A stretch of 61,604 nucleotides of DNA, taken from contig NC_057718.1 in assembly GCF_004010195.1 (NCBI RefSeq), positions 100,134,806-100,196,409 of the forward strand, written 5' to 3'. The stretch comes from Chiloscyllium plagiosum. Lineage: Eukaryota. Of this stretch, positions 50,818 through 61,604 are shown piece after piece. The stretch's first letter is position 1, and each line of letters opens with the position of its first letter. The position numbers and the translations under genes are program-made. The notes under the pieces are model-generated. The model was not told the origin of the DNA. It searched no databases and saw nothing but the letters and a program-made list of their open reading frames with translations.

Positions 50818-50974
50818 CTCCTGCTCCTTGGATGCTGCCTGACCTGCTGCGCTTTTCCAGCAACACATTTTTCAGCTCTGATCTCCAGCATCTGCAATCC
50901 TCACTTTCTCCTACTTGATGACAACCAATCAAGAACCTGGTCAAAGAGGGAGGTTTTAACAACATCATAACAAC

Positions 50975-51848
50975 AGATAGAGAGAGAGAGAGCAAGAGAT
51001 AGATGGAGAGAGACAGAGAGAGGGAGGCAAAGAGAAAGATATAGACTCAGAGGAACAGAGAGAGGAAGAGGGACAGTAAGACAGAAAGAGGAAGAAAAAC
51101 AGAGTGAGTTAGACAGATGCAGAAAGACCAAGAGGGAGAGGGAGAGAGAAAGTACGGGAGAAAGACAGCCAGGCAGGGAGAATGAGAGAAACAGAGAGAG
51201 TTAGACAGACAGAGAGAGAAATAGGTGCAGAGAGACAGAGAGAGGGGGAGAGACAATGAGAAAGAGAGACAGAGAGACAGATGGAGAGAGCAAAGACAAT
51301 CAATGATTTCAACAGGAAATTAGAAGGGCACTCATGGGAAATAGATTTGCAGGGATAATGTGGGTGAGTGGAACTGATTGCATTGCACAACAGAGAGCTG
51401 ACATTGACTCAGTGGGCTGACTAGCCTCCTTCTGTGTTGCAATGACTATTATATGTATCAATATGTAGAAACAGAACAGAAATCCTCTTGCTTGTGGAAA
51501 GATAACAGAATAGGTTAATCTAATGCTAAGCTATTCCTTTGAAAACAAACCTGTTTATTTGACTTTTTACAACAAGATTTAAAGTTAGCTTAAATTAATC
51601 TCTTGAGGAAGTGGTGGAGGCTGATACAATTGCAACATTTAAAAGGCATCTGCATTAGTACATGAAGGGAAAAAAAGAGAGGGAAAGACACAGAGAGAGA
51701 GACAGAGAGAGTAAGACAGAGCGAGAAAGAGAGACAGAGAGTGAGATAGAGAGAGAGTGAGACAGACAGAGACAGAAAGAGAATGAGATAGAGAGAGGGG
51801 GAGAGAGATAGAGAGAATGAGACAGAGATAGAGACAGCGAGAGAGAGA
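50975..51848. repeat. Two (GA)n-rich purine tracts (50975-51297, 51672-51848)
   Basis: Direct inspection. Confidence 0.85.
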
Positions 51849-52339
51849 ATTATATTAGTTTACAGTGGAATTTGAGAGCTGAGGGTCCATCATGTTGAAA
51901 AGATTGAATTACTGAGAGCTAATTGACCATTATTTCAGAAATATACACAAGGTCGTAATAAGGAGAAATTACTATTCAAATGAAAAAGCTGAAAGGAATC
52001 ATTTTAGAACACGGAAAATATGATTTGAGGTTCTGTTGCATCTGAAACTTTAGGTAAAATGTACAGGCCATTCAGAACCAATGGAAATCCTACAATTGTC
52101 AACAAATGACAGAGGATCTGGAGTTGAGGTGGCCGAATCTTTGTAAAGTCCAGCTGGAGGATTGAGGACATTTGGATTGACATTCACATATCCTTCAGGG
52201 ATGGTGTAATGAGGTTCACAAAAATAACAAGCAACCAATGTGTATTCATCCCTCAGTAATGCAGGGGTCACATGAGTGTGATTGCACTGGTGTGTCTCAG
52301 CCACCTTAGGATGTCTCTCTTCACTTTGCAGCTGCTTGG

Positions 52340-52980
52340 GGTTGGTTGGCTCAATTGACTGGACAGCTGATGAGTAATGCCAATTGCATGGGTTCACTTC
52401 CTGGTTTGGGATGAGGTGACCAGGAAGGACTCTTCTTCTCAACCTCTCCCTTTGCCTGAGGTGTGGTGACCCTCAGTCCCATCTGGGAGGTCTATGGTCA
52501 CTTTACCTTGTTATTGTTACAGTCCTTGTTACTTTGGCTTAGCTCGCTCTGGTCAAGAGCTACTTTGACAAAGACCCTTTACTGTCCATTTTTGACTTTA
52601 ATGGGATGTGAGTGTGACAGGTAGGGCCAATAATTATACCCCATCCCTAACTGCCCCTCAACTGAGTGGCTTGCTAAGGCCGTATCTGAGGGCTTTAACA
52701 CTGGGTGTGGGTCTAGAGTCACGTCTAGGCCGGACCCATTGACAACGGTAGATTCATTTCCTTAAAGGGACACTAATGAACAAGGTGGGTTTTACCAACA
52801 ATCCTTGATCGTTACCATAGTTACTATCACTGAGATGAGATTATGATTTCAGGTTTAATTATTGAATATCAAATTCTACCAGTTGCTGCAGGAGGATGGG
52901 ATTCAAACCTGTGGCAAGGAAATTATCCAGGACCCTCTGGATTTTTGGCCCACTGTCATTTCCGATAAGCCACCATCACC
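52340..52980. mobile_element. SINE S2 (+, 52340-52505) and SINE S1 (-, 52590-52980)
   Basis: TGGCTCAATTGACTGG..GGGTTCAC head; GTGTGGGTCTAGAGTCAC core. Confidence 0.65.
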
Positions 52981-53974
52981 TGCTACCTCCTTCCCCTGCA
53001 GCTGTGACTCAGTAAGTAACCCTCCTTGCTGAGACGCTTGAAATAAACAATTCCTTTTTTAAATACAGAACTGAGAATCCCAAAACCTCAAATCCAATTC
53101 TGAACTCCGAAGACAACCTTTGGTGGTTTGTTCACGATGTTCTGACACACCGGCCTGAAATGCTAACTCTCTCTGTCTCCTTACCTCTCGGCAGGTCTCA
53201 CTAAGACTGCAGAGCTCCCCCCCTTTCTTTCAGATTTCCAGCCTCTGCAGCCTTGTGCTGGCTTTCTTGCAGGGGAGGTCATGATTTAAATATTGCCTGA
53301 CAGCCTGAATATGAACACAGGGAGACCAGGGAGGTCACAGTGCTGCCAAAGGAAAGGTTTAAAATATACTTCCCCCTTCACCATTGACAAGACAAGGTAA
53401 ATATAACCTTGAGTCACAGTGTGTGACGTGCAGTGTTGGTTCAGCTACTTTATACACATCTCTGCAAATGTCCTTGTTTGCTAAGGCTTCATCAGAGTAA
53501 ATCCAACTGATTGTATCCAATGTAATCCTGTTTTACAGAAAGTGCATTTACTACACGACAATTATCCATTTGCAAAAAGGGACTTGAGCTGATAACACTG
53601 GCTCAGGGCACAATGAAGAAACAACATTATATTCTAATTATTCACAATTCTAGACCTGCTCTGAATGTGTCAGAACTCAGATGACCGTGGTACAGGCAAA
53701 TCACGTTGGCAATCCCTGGGACAGCTCAGTAAGTGACTTGTTAAAAGCATGGAGGTGGAAAAGATGCAAGGAATTCCTCCCACTCAGCATGCCTCCAGGC
53801 AAGATCCTGTATTGAATAATCTCCTGCACCCAGCGTAAATCTCCCACTTATAGCATTTCAAGATAAAATAAAACAAAGATCTGTGAATGCTGAAGCAAAA
53901 ATAAAAACTGGTGGAGAAACTCGGCAGGTCTGGCATCATCTAGGTGGAGAAAGCATTCTCTCCACTGATAATAA

Positions 53975-54006
53975 CACACTCACCCATTCACACTCACACA
54001 CACACA

Positions 54007-54050
<44 letters not shown>

Positions 54051-54275
54051 CACAACACAAACACGCACACATACATACACACACACAACTACACAGACAC
54101 ACACACACATACAGACGCACACCCACACAGACACATTCTTTCATACGCACATGCACACACAGACATGCTCTCACACAAATAGACACACTCGCACACACTC
54201 ACACAAATAGACACACACACACATCCTGATACATACAGGCACACACACACAAACACACACACTCACACACACATG
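53975..54275. repeat. (CA)n microsatellite and degenerate flank
   Basis: Direct inspection. Confidence 0.9.
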
Positions 54276-55157
54276 CTCTCGCTCACTCCCCCCAATGGTC
54301 ATGCTTTGTTCATATACTGGGCAAAAGTTGTGACGAAACATGGAACAGGCCTCCCTCAGACCTGAAGCAACAGCCCAATTTTCTAGATGACAATCAGCCC
54401 TGCTACAAACAGTCACAGTATAGTACAGGAGGTCCTTCAGCCCATCAATCCTTACATGCCAGCTCATGCAAAGAACAAGCTAGTTCATCCTACTGCCGCC
54501 CCCTTTCCCCATTTCTCTGTTGTTTATTCTCTCTGTCAGGTATTATCTGTTGAATCTGTGTCCATCAGCATGGTAGGGTTTTCAAATCCCATCACCCCTC
54601 GATCCATACAATACGTTGTTCCTCCGAGGATCTTGGATTATTTTATTGCTCATCCATAGTTCTAGCAGTTACTGACTGTATCCTAATGGGGTCACCTTGG
54701 TTCAGAATTCAGTGCAACATTGTTGGTGCTGAGGGAGGTTCACAATTCATCTCCTGTCAGAATCCAGGTCAGTGAGGAGAAAGACACAGGGAGCCTTCTG
54801 ATAGTACAAACTGGAAAACGACAATGGACGCTCATGACTTGGATGAGGAAAGTGAACAAGTGTGCAGATAACACAAAAGTAGATGGGAAGGCAAGTCGTA
54901 AGGATGGTACCAGGAGTCTGCAGAGGAATATGGCAGGTTAGGTGAGAAAGCAAATACTTGGCAACTGGTCTATATAATGTGGGAAATTGCGAGGTTATGC
55001 ACTTTGGCAGGAAGAATAGAGGAGCTGAATATTATTTAAACAGAAAAAGACTGCAGAAAGCTACAATTGAGAGACCTCGTGCATGAATCACATTCAAATT
55101 CAGTGGGTAATAGAGAAGGTAAGTGTATATCAGTCTTTAATTCAATAGGAATCGAGT

Positions 55158-55242
55158 ATAACATGAGGACCATCTGTACACAGCACAGCAGTGAGCCAGG
55201 GTGACAAATAGTCCAGTGAAATACCTACATTCATTGAGCACT
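55158..55242. repeat. 85-bp perfect inverted copy of 56281-56365
   Basis: Base-by-base reverse complement, 85/85. Confidence 0.97.
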
Positions 55243-55254
55243 GAAACCATTTAA

Positions 55255-55555
55255 TGTGGAGGAGCCGGTGTTGGACGGGGGTGGACAAAGTTACAAATCA
55301 CACAACACCAGGTTATAGCCCAACAGGTTTATTTGGAAGCACTAGCTTTTGGAGCACTGCTCCTTCATCAGGTAGCTGGTGGGGCAAGATCTTAAGACAC
55401 AGAATTTATAGCAATTTTGCTATAAATTTTGCTATAAATTCTGTGTCCCATGATCCTGCCCCACTAACTATCTGGCGAAGGAGCCGTGCTCCGAAAGCTA
55501 GTGCTTCCAAATAAACCTGTTGAACAATAACCTGGTGTTGTGTGATTTGTAACTA
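55255..55555. mobile_element. PLE family B fold-back, 34-nt tail, 11-bp TSD
   Basis: AAACCATTTAA 55244-55254 / AAACCATGTAA 55556-55566; centre has TTGCTATAAATT x2; both hammerheads mutated. Confidence 0.9.
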
Positions 55556-56394
55556 AAACCATGTAAGGCGCTGGTCAGACCATACGTGGAACACGGTGAA
55601 CAGTTTGCATCACCTTATTTAAGGAAGATTTTCTGGTATTGGAGACAGTCCAGAGAAGGTTCACTACCTGTGTGTTGTCATTTGAGGAGAAGTTGAGTAG
55701 GCTGGGCCTGTACTCATTGGAATTCACAGAATGAGAGGAGAACCTGTTGACATGGATGGGAGTCTTGGGAATTGGACAGGGTAGAGGCAGAGAGGTTGTT
55801 TCCCCTTGTCGGAAAGGCTAGGACCAGAGGACATCATCTCAGATTAAGGAGTCTCCCATTTCAGCCAGAGATGAAGAAGAATTTATTCTTTCAGTTGGAT
55901 CTGTGGAATTCTTTATCGCACAAGGTTGTTGAGGCTAGGTCATTAAGCATATTCAAGGCCGAGAGAGATAGGTTTTTGATCAGGAAGGGAATCAAGGGTT
56001 GTGAGAAAAGTGAAGTTGAAGGTTATCAGATCAGCCATGAACTCAATGAATGGTGGAGTTGACTCAATGGGCTGAATGGCCTGCTTTTGTTCTTATGTCT
56101 TATGGTCCAGTCGCTACACAGTCCTGGGTTTTCAAACTCAGGTCTCCCTCTGCCTTCAAAAACCTTTTGAGGGTGAATAATGAGGTCCTTCTGAAGAGTT
56201 AATGGATAGATTCATCCATTGATGGAACAAGATGGAGAAATATGAAATGGAATGAACTGGTGTATCTGAGCTCTGAGTGAAGTGCTCAATGAATGTAGGT
56301 ATTTCACTGGACTATTTGTCACCCTGGCTCACTGCTGTGCTGTGTACAGATGGTCCTCATGTTATGTCACTCTGCTTGACATGGGTTTGTTTGA

Positions 56395-56536
56395 GCTGAA
56401 AATGTGTTGCTGGAAAAGCGCAGCAGGTCGGGCAGCATCCAAGGAACAGGAGAAACGACGTTTCGGGCATAAGCCCTTCTTCAGGAAACATTTTCAGCTC
56501 TGATCTCCAGCATCTGCAGCCCTCACTTTCTCCTCT
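56395..56536. mobile_element. PLE family A fragment, 13-bp TSD
   Basis: TGGGTTTGTTTGA 56382-56394 / 56537-56549. Confidence 0.9.
56453..56488 (-). ncRNA. Minimal hammerhead (family A), core intact but stem I poor
   Basis: C-CUGAAGA-A-GGGC UUAU GCCC-GAAA-CGUC-G. Confidence 0.5.
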
Positions 56537-57305
56537 TGGGTTTGTTTGAATGTTGTATATTGTCAGGGTATTTGCTTTGAATTAGATTGACATTTCCAGC
56601 CTTGCGTTGTTGCGTATGAATTGTGTGTCATTGCATGTCACAATGACCTGACATCAGGGAAAAGTAGCAGGGAAATTCAGAGGAACACGAGGTCTCGGTC
56701 CATTTAGGAAGAGACAGGCCCAGCCTCCCTTAGCTCCTTTATTGCCTTCTTCCCCTGGCCTAACCTCACCAAAGCCTTCCCTCCTTCTCTCTTTCCCCCA
56801 GTCTTGTCTCCTTCTCATAGCCTTCCCTCCTTTCCGCAGCCTTCCCTCCTTCCCCCAGCCTTGCCTCCTGTCCCCTATTCTTGCCTTTTGACCCCAGCCA
56901 TTCCCTTCTCCCAGCTTCTATTCTTAATCCTCACCGAAGGGCTCCATCTTGTGTCAGAGGCCGGTTACTGCAGGTGATGCTGGGACACAGCAGCTCTCTG
57001 CACCAAAACAACCTGGCCATCATATGGACATGAGTCAATCTAAAAATACAAGCAAGTGTATTTTTTAATTGTGTATTCTATTGCATTTGTTTTATATTTA
57101 GTGGTGTGTTTTGCTTTCCAAGTTATTTCAGTTAGGATTGCACAATGCTAAACAGACACAATACACTATATGATGTGGAGGTGCCAGTGTTGGACTGGGT
57201 GGACAAAGTTAAAAATCACACAACACCAGGTTATAGTCCAACAGGTTTATTTGGATGCACTAACGCTGCTCCTTCATCAGGTAACAGGTTGGACTATAAC
57301 CTGGT

Positions 57306-57752
57306 TTAGGGTGTAGGTTTGCTCGCTGAGCTGTAGGTTTGATATCCAGACGTTTCGTTACCTGGCTAGGTAACATCATCAGTAGCAATCTCCAAGTGAA
57401 GCGAAGCTGTTGTCTCCTGCTCTCTATTTATATCTTTCTCCTGGATGGGGTTCCTGGGGTTTGTGGTGGTGTCATTTCCTGTTCGTTTTCTGAGGGGTTG
57501 ATAGATGGCATCTAGATCTATGTGTTTGTTTATGGCGTTGTGGTTGAAGTGCCAGGCCTCTAGGAATTCTCTGGCATGTCTTTGCTTAGCCTGTCCCAGG
57601 ATAGATGTGTTGTCCAAGTCGAAATGGTGGGTTTTTTTCATCCGTGTGTATGAAAAAAAAAGCCACCATTTCGGATTTCTGGATATCAAACCTACAGCTC
57701 AGCGAGCAAACCTACACCCTAAACCTCAACCTGAGCTACAAACCTTGCGACC
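57306..57752. mobile_element. PLE family C insertion with GIY-YIG end, 10-bp TSD
   Basis: ATAACCTGGT 57296-57305 / 57753-57762; minus ORF HHFDLDNTSILGQAKQRHAREFLEAWH. Confidence 0.92.
57346..57385 (-). ncRNA. Minimal hammerhead ribozyme (family C), intact
   Basis: CUA-CUGAUGA-U-GUUACCU AGCC AGGUAAC-GAAA-CGUC-UGG: 7-bp stem II, ACGU stem III, GUC triplet. Confidence 0.78.
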
Positions 57753-58399
57753 ATAACCTGGTGTTGTGTGATTTTTAACTTTATACACAATGTAGCATTT
57801 CAACTTGTACATTGTTTTATTTCTGGGCAAGGAAATGTACAAAGGAACCCAATTCCAACGTTAGCCTGCATTCCTATAGGAAACTATGATTTGCTTGAAG
57901 TCTTTTCATTTAAAGTAGTCATTTTCAGGAAAACAGTTAAAAATTTAGGAGACAATGACTTCTAACACCCAGTACACACAACTATTTCATTCTAGCATTA
58001 GAACTCCCCTCTCCCTTCTCTTTTTCTTCCCCACCTAACTCTCTCTGCATAGCGCTCTATCCTTCCTCATGTGTTTATCTACCTTCTCCTGAACTGGATC
58101 ATTGTTGTTCACGTCAGAGACCCCCTCTAGTTCCACATTCTCATCACTCTCTGGGGAAAGAAATTTCTCCTGAATTTTATGTTCCATCTATTGTTTTTAG
58201 TCCTTGGTGTCTATCTTATATTTATGGCCCCACAGTTTGATCTCCCCCCACCGGCCGAGGTATCCCTCTGCCCACTGAATGAAATGTTTCTAAAATCTTG
58301 AAGGAGGTAAGAACTCACGAGGAGACCGTGGTGAGAGAGAGCAGGAAGGTGGGTCTAACTGGGCAGCTATTTCAAACTTCTTACAATCCCACACTGTAT

Positions 58400-58700
58400 C
58401 ATTCTGTGATTCCGTCAAAGAAAATAAGGCTCACGTTTCCACACCTTCTCCAACTTCAGGATGTCGCAAATCTCTTTGCACCCCAACAGAGCCCTTTTCA
58501 AAATGTTGTCATTTCAATGTGTGATGTTGAAGATGTTGGAAGCTCACTTGACACCAGCACTCTCCCTCAAACAGCAATATCATAACCTCAGGATAATCAG
58601 TTTTAAATCGTATGGATTGAGGGATGCACACTGACCAGAACATCAGGAAACCTTAGTCCTGCTCAAAATGAATACGCAGGGCCTTTTCGATGTACTTTAA
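58400..58700 (-). mobile_element. DeuSINE, degenerate
   Basis: CAGGATGTCGCAAA..CCCTCAAACAGCAAT..GATAATC..GATTGAGGGAT. Confidence 0.5.
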
Positions 58701-58951
58701 TGGGAGACAGGACACTGTTATAAACACAAGAGGGAGGGTAACTTGGCCCCCCTTCATTTAAACCCTTCTTGGTTGGTCTGAACAAGTACATTTATTTCAT
58801 TTCGGTATGCAGCTTCACCTTTCAATTAAAATGTAGCACCAGTAAAAACTAATGAGCCAATTACTCCATTTTCTTCAGAGACAGAAAGAGTCATTTTATA
58901 ACCCACTCACCCCAGAAGAGATCATAGCAAGACAACCTCAACACATATACA

Positions 58952-59101
58952 AGATGTGGAGGTGTTAGTATTGGACTGGGGTGGACAAAGTGAGAAGTCA
59001 CACAACATCAACAACCTGACAAAGGAGCAGTACTTCGAAAGCTTAAGATTTAAAATAAACCTTTTGGACTATAACCTGGCGTTGTGTGTCTTCTGACCTT
59101 G
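58952..59101. mobile_element. PLE family B fold-back fragment, 14-bp TSD
   Basis: TCAACACATATACA 58938-58951 / TCAACACATACACA 59102-59115. Confidence 0.85.
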
Positions 59102-59513
59102 TCAACACATACACAGACACAGGACATAGGTGTAAAAAAAAGGAACATCGGGGTTACATACAGGAAGAATAAATGCTACACAGTTTAAAAGTCTTTTGAG
59201 TTCTTGAGATGCTAGATCCTTGTTCAATTAGATAGATTTTTTGTTGTTGACTGGTATTCTCAGCAATGGCACAGTTTGTTGATATCTTTGAATAATCAGT
59301 GGACAGTTGTTTCACCAATTTGCTTTATCACCAGGCACTATCTTCAGAGATGATGAGAAACCAGGAGAAAGATAAACTTCCAGCTCTTATTATTATAGAT
59401 TCACCTCTCCCTTCTCTAACACTGCTGCATAAAAGCAGCTCCTGAAATATGATTCATTGTATTTTCCCAAGTCACGCTCCATTGTCTTTCCTAGCTGGCA
59501 GCTTTCAAAGATG

Positions 59514-59635
59514 TGGTACTGGAAAGATATAGCAGGTCAGACAGCATCCGAGGAAATCAGATGCAGCCTGACCTGCTGTGTCTATCCAGCACCACCGTCT
59601 CTGATCTCCAGCATCTGCAGTCTTAACTTTCCCCT
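59514..59635. mobile_element. PLE family A fold-back fragment, 14-bp TSD
   Basis: AGCTTTCAAAGATG 59500-59513 / 59636-59649. Confidence 0.88.
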
Positions 59636-59894
59636 AGCTTTCAAAGATGCAAACAATATGTCATAATAATAATAATAATAATACAGGTGAATTAAAATTG
59701 GAGAATTTCTCAATGTTAACATAATTGCCAGGTTTAAATGTCTTCAGATAAAAGACTAATCATAATACAGGTTAAAAATCACGCAGCCTAGCCAGGTAAT
59801 GAAATGCCTGGATATCAAACCTACAGCTCAACGAGCAAACCTACACCCCAAACCTCAACCTGAGCTACAAACCTTCACAAACCTTGCAAAAAAG

Positions 59895-60096
59895 TTTCTA
59901 CCCTACTGTTGTTAGAATACCGAATGGACTGACAAACTCTTAACATTTGCCTGTACCTGTGTTTTTGTTTTGGCCGCTGTTTACCTATTATTTACTTATC
60001 TCTGCCACTTAACTCTGTGATCTGCTTACATTGCTCGCAAGATAAAGCTTTTCACTGTGCCTCGGTACACGTGACAATAAATTCAATTCAATTCAC
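59895..60096 (+). mobile_element. Rex1/Babar-type 3' end
   Basis: FYPTVVRI.NG terminus; CTTTTCACTGT..GGTACACGTGACAATAAA(TTCAA)n, like 36110-36170. Confidence 0.7.
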
Positions 60097-60794
60097 ATTT
60101 TACTGTTGCAACCACACAACCTATGGTTGTGCTTCTGCAAACAAAGGACACAATCGAGAGATGCTATTGAGAATTAAAAGCAATATTGAGTGGATACAGA
60201 GGTCGAGAGGTCAAGCACAAATTTGAACCAACAAATGTCTTCAAGTTTAACATGCAGCAAAAAAATACAACATAGCTACAGGTTCAAGAAATGACAATTT
60301 CCCTGTTATAAATAGCATCATTCCAATATTGGGTCAGTCGAGTGGATATGCTCACCATCTTTTGCATTGATTTTCTTGTGTTGGAAACTTGTTTGTCTAG
60401 CAGCTAAATGAGGAAAAGAAGCAGTCCATCATCTCTCCCACAGGGACGTGTACACTGCAGGATTGAGTTGCTCGTCCAGAAAACAACTGGTAACCCAGCT
60501 ACTAATCTGTGGAATCAGTGACACTTCAGGGTCATTAGTACAGAATTTCGATAAGATTGAGCCTCAGTTGTAGCTCATTCTCAGACAGAACCAAGTCCTG
60601 AAAATATGTATTTCATCTGTCTGCTTCACTCTTTTTATTACAGCCCATCTCTCTCTTACGTTTTGTAACATTCAACCCCTGACTCCCTTCCCCCACCATC
60701 TTTTTCCCTGTCCTGGCTCATCTGCTGTGGAAACCCTCATCGATGTGTTTGTCACCCCTAGGCTCTACTGCAGCCAGCCTTCCATCTGTTACAG

Positions 60795-61145
60795 GAACTT
60801 AGAGAATGGGAGCAAGAGTAGGCCATTTGGCCCATCTCCACCATTCAATCTGATCATGGCTGTTCATCCAACTCAGTTCCTTGTTTCCATTTTCTCCCCA
60901 GACCCATCAATCCCTTTAGCCCTAAGACCTCTATCCAACTCCTTCTTGGAAACATTGGCCACAATTGCTTTCTGTGGCAGAGGATTCCACAGGCTTCCAC
61001 TCTCTGGGCAAAGACATTTCTCCTCATCTTATTCCCAAATGACCCTTCCTGTAATCTTTAGACTGTGAGCCCTGGTTCTGGATTCGAGAGGATCAGGAAC
61101 ATCCTTCCTGCATTTACCGTGTCTAACCCTGTTAGAACTTTAGAG
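60795..61145 (-). mobile_element. CR1 3' end
   Basis: GAGTAGGCCATTTGGCCC..TCATGGCTG..TTCCACAGG. Confidence 0.7.
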
Positions 61146-61149
61146 GTTT

Positions 61150-61604
61150 GGATCAGAGTGGTGCTACAAAAGCACAGCAGGTCAGGCAGCATCCAAGGAG
61201 TAGGAAAATCGATGTTTTGGGCAAAAACCCTTCATCAGGAATGAGGCAGGAAACCTCCAGGGTGGAGAGATAAATGGGGGTGGAGGCTGGGGAGACGGTA
61301 GCAAAGAGTACAATAGGTGAATGGGGATGGGGATGGAGGTGATAGGTCAGAGAGGAGGGTGGAGTGGATAGGTGGGAAGGGAGATTGGCAGGTAGGACAG
61401 GTCATGAGGAGGGTGCTGAGCTGGAAGATTAGAACTGGGGTAAAGTGGGGGGAGGGGACAAGGACAGAACCCCCCGGTCCTCACTTTCCACCCTACCAAC
61501 CTTTGCATTAACCGCATCATCCGCCGACATTTCCGTCACCTCCAAATGGACCCCACCACCAGGGATATATTTCCCTCCCCACCCCTTTCCACTTTCCGCA
61601 AAGA
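61150..61604. mobile_element. PLE family A: inverted 3' end then plus-strand ORF fragment (runs off window)
   Basis: VLTFHPTNLCINRIIRRHFRHLQMDPTTRDIFPSPPLSTFRK; hammerhead 61205-61243 mutated. Confidence 0.85.

Larger units (their letters stand above)
50687..50913. mobile_element. PLE family A fold-back: 95-bp arms, 1-nt centre, 35-nt tail, 13-bp TSD
   Basis: Palindrome 50688-50878 centred on 50783; CTTGATGACAACC at 50674-50686 and 50914-50926. Confidence 0.95.
54855..56106 (+). mobile_element. Older CR1 RT/3' region with two later insertions
   Basis: KCADNTK (FADDTK-like), EVMHFG, DRVEAERLFPLVGKARTRGHHL, LWNSL; 3' UTR ATGGGCTGAATGGCCT. Confidence 0.85.
57172..57790. mobile_element. PLE family B fold-back hosting a family C insertion
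   Basis: AAAGTTAAAAATCACACAACACCAGGTTAT vs ATAACCTGGTGTTGTGTGATTTTTAACTTT. Confidence 0.85.

Noticed and set aside
52050..52442. 130-aa minus-strand ORF
   Set aside because: Starts inside a SINE; remainder unrecognised, no convincing splice sites
5841..59635. Recurrent palindromic repeats as a CRISPR array or classical DNA-transposon TIRs
   Set aside because: Dispersed, no repeat-spacer periodicity, no cas genes; arms are asymmetric and contiguous with Penelope GIY-YIG ORF ends

Overview
Eukaryotic, repeat-dense non-genic (intergenic or intronic) DNA, almost certainly from an elasmobranch (shark). This is inferred from HE1-type V-SINEs, HER1/CR1 LINE ends and SacSINE1-like DeuSINEs. I recognise no host protein-coding gene, RNA gene or CRISPR array. 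The long ORFs in the track are microsatellite or N-gap artefacts, or broken retroelement ORFs (CR1 RT, Rex1/Babar, Penelope GIY-YIG, Gypsy protease). The most interesting signal is a dense population of Penelope-like element (PLE) end-fragments from about five sub-families. These inserted mostly as fold-back (inverted) duplications with 10-14 bp target-site duplications (TSDs) and a recurrent 30-40 nt one-sided tail. They carry minimal type I hammerhead ribozyme motifs (CUGANGA-stem II-GAAA-palindromic stem III); about 30 copies are visible and about 8 have an intact core. PLE-associated minimal hammerheads are an established class, so this is not a new kind of system, but these shark families, their nesting and their CpG-driven decay can be read directly here. 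Also notable is a perfect 85-bp inverted templated insertion (55158-55242 = reverse complement of 56281-56365). Repeat family names come from recalled consensus features, not a database search, and repeat boundaries are approximate unless a TSD is given.
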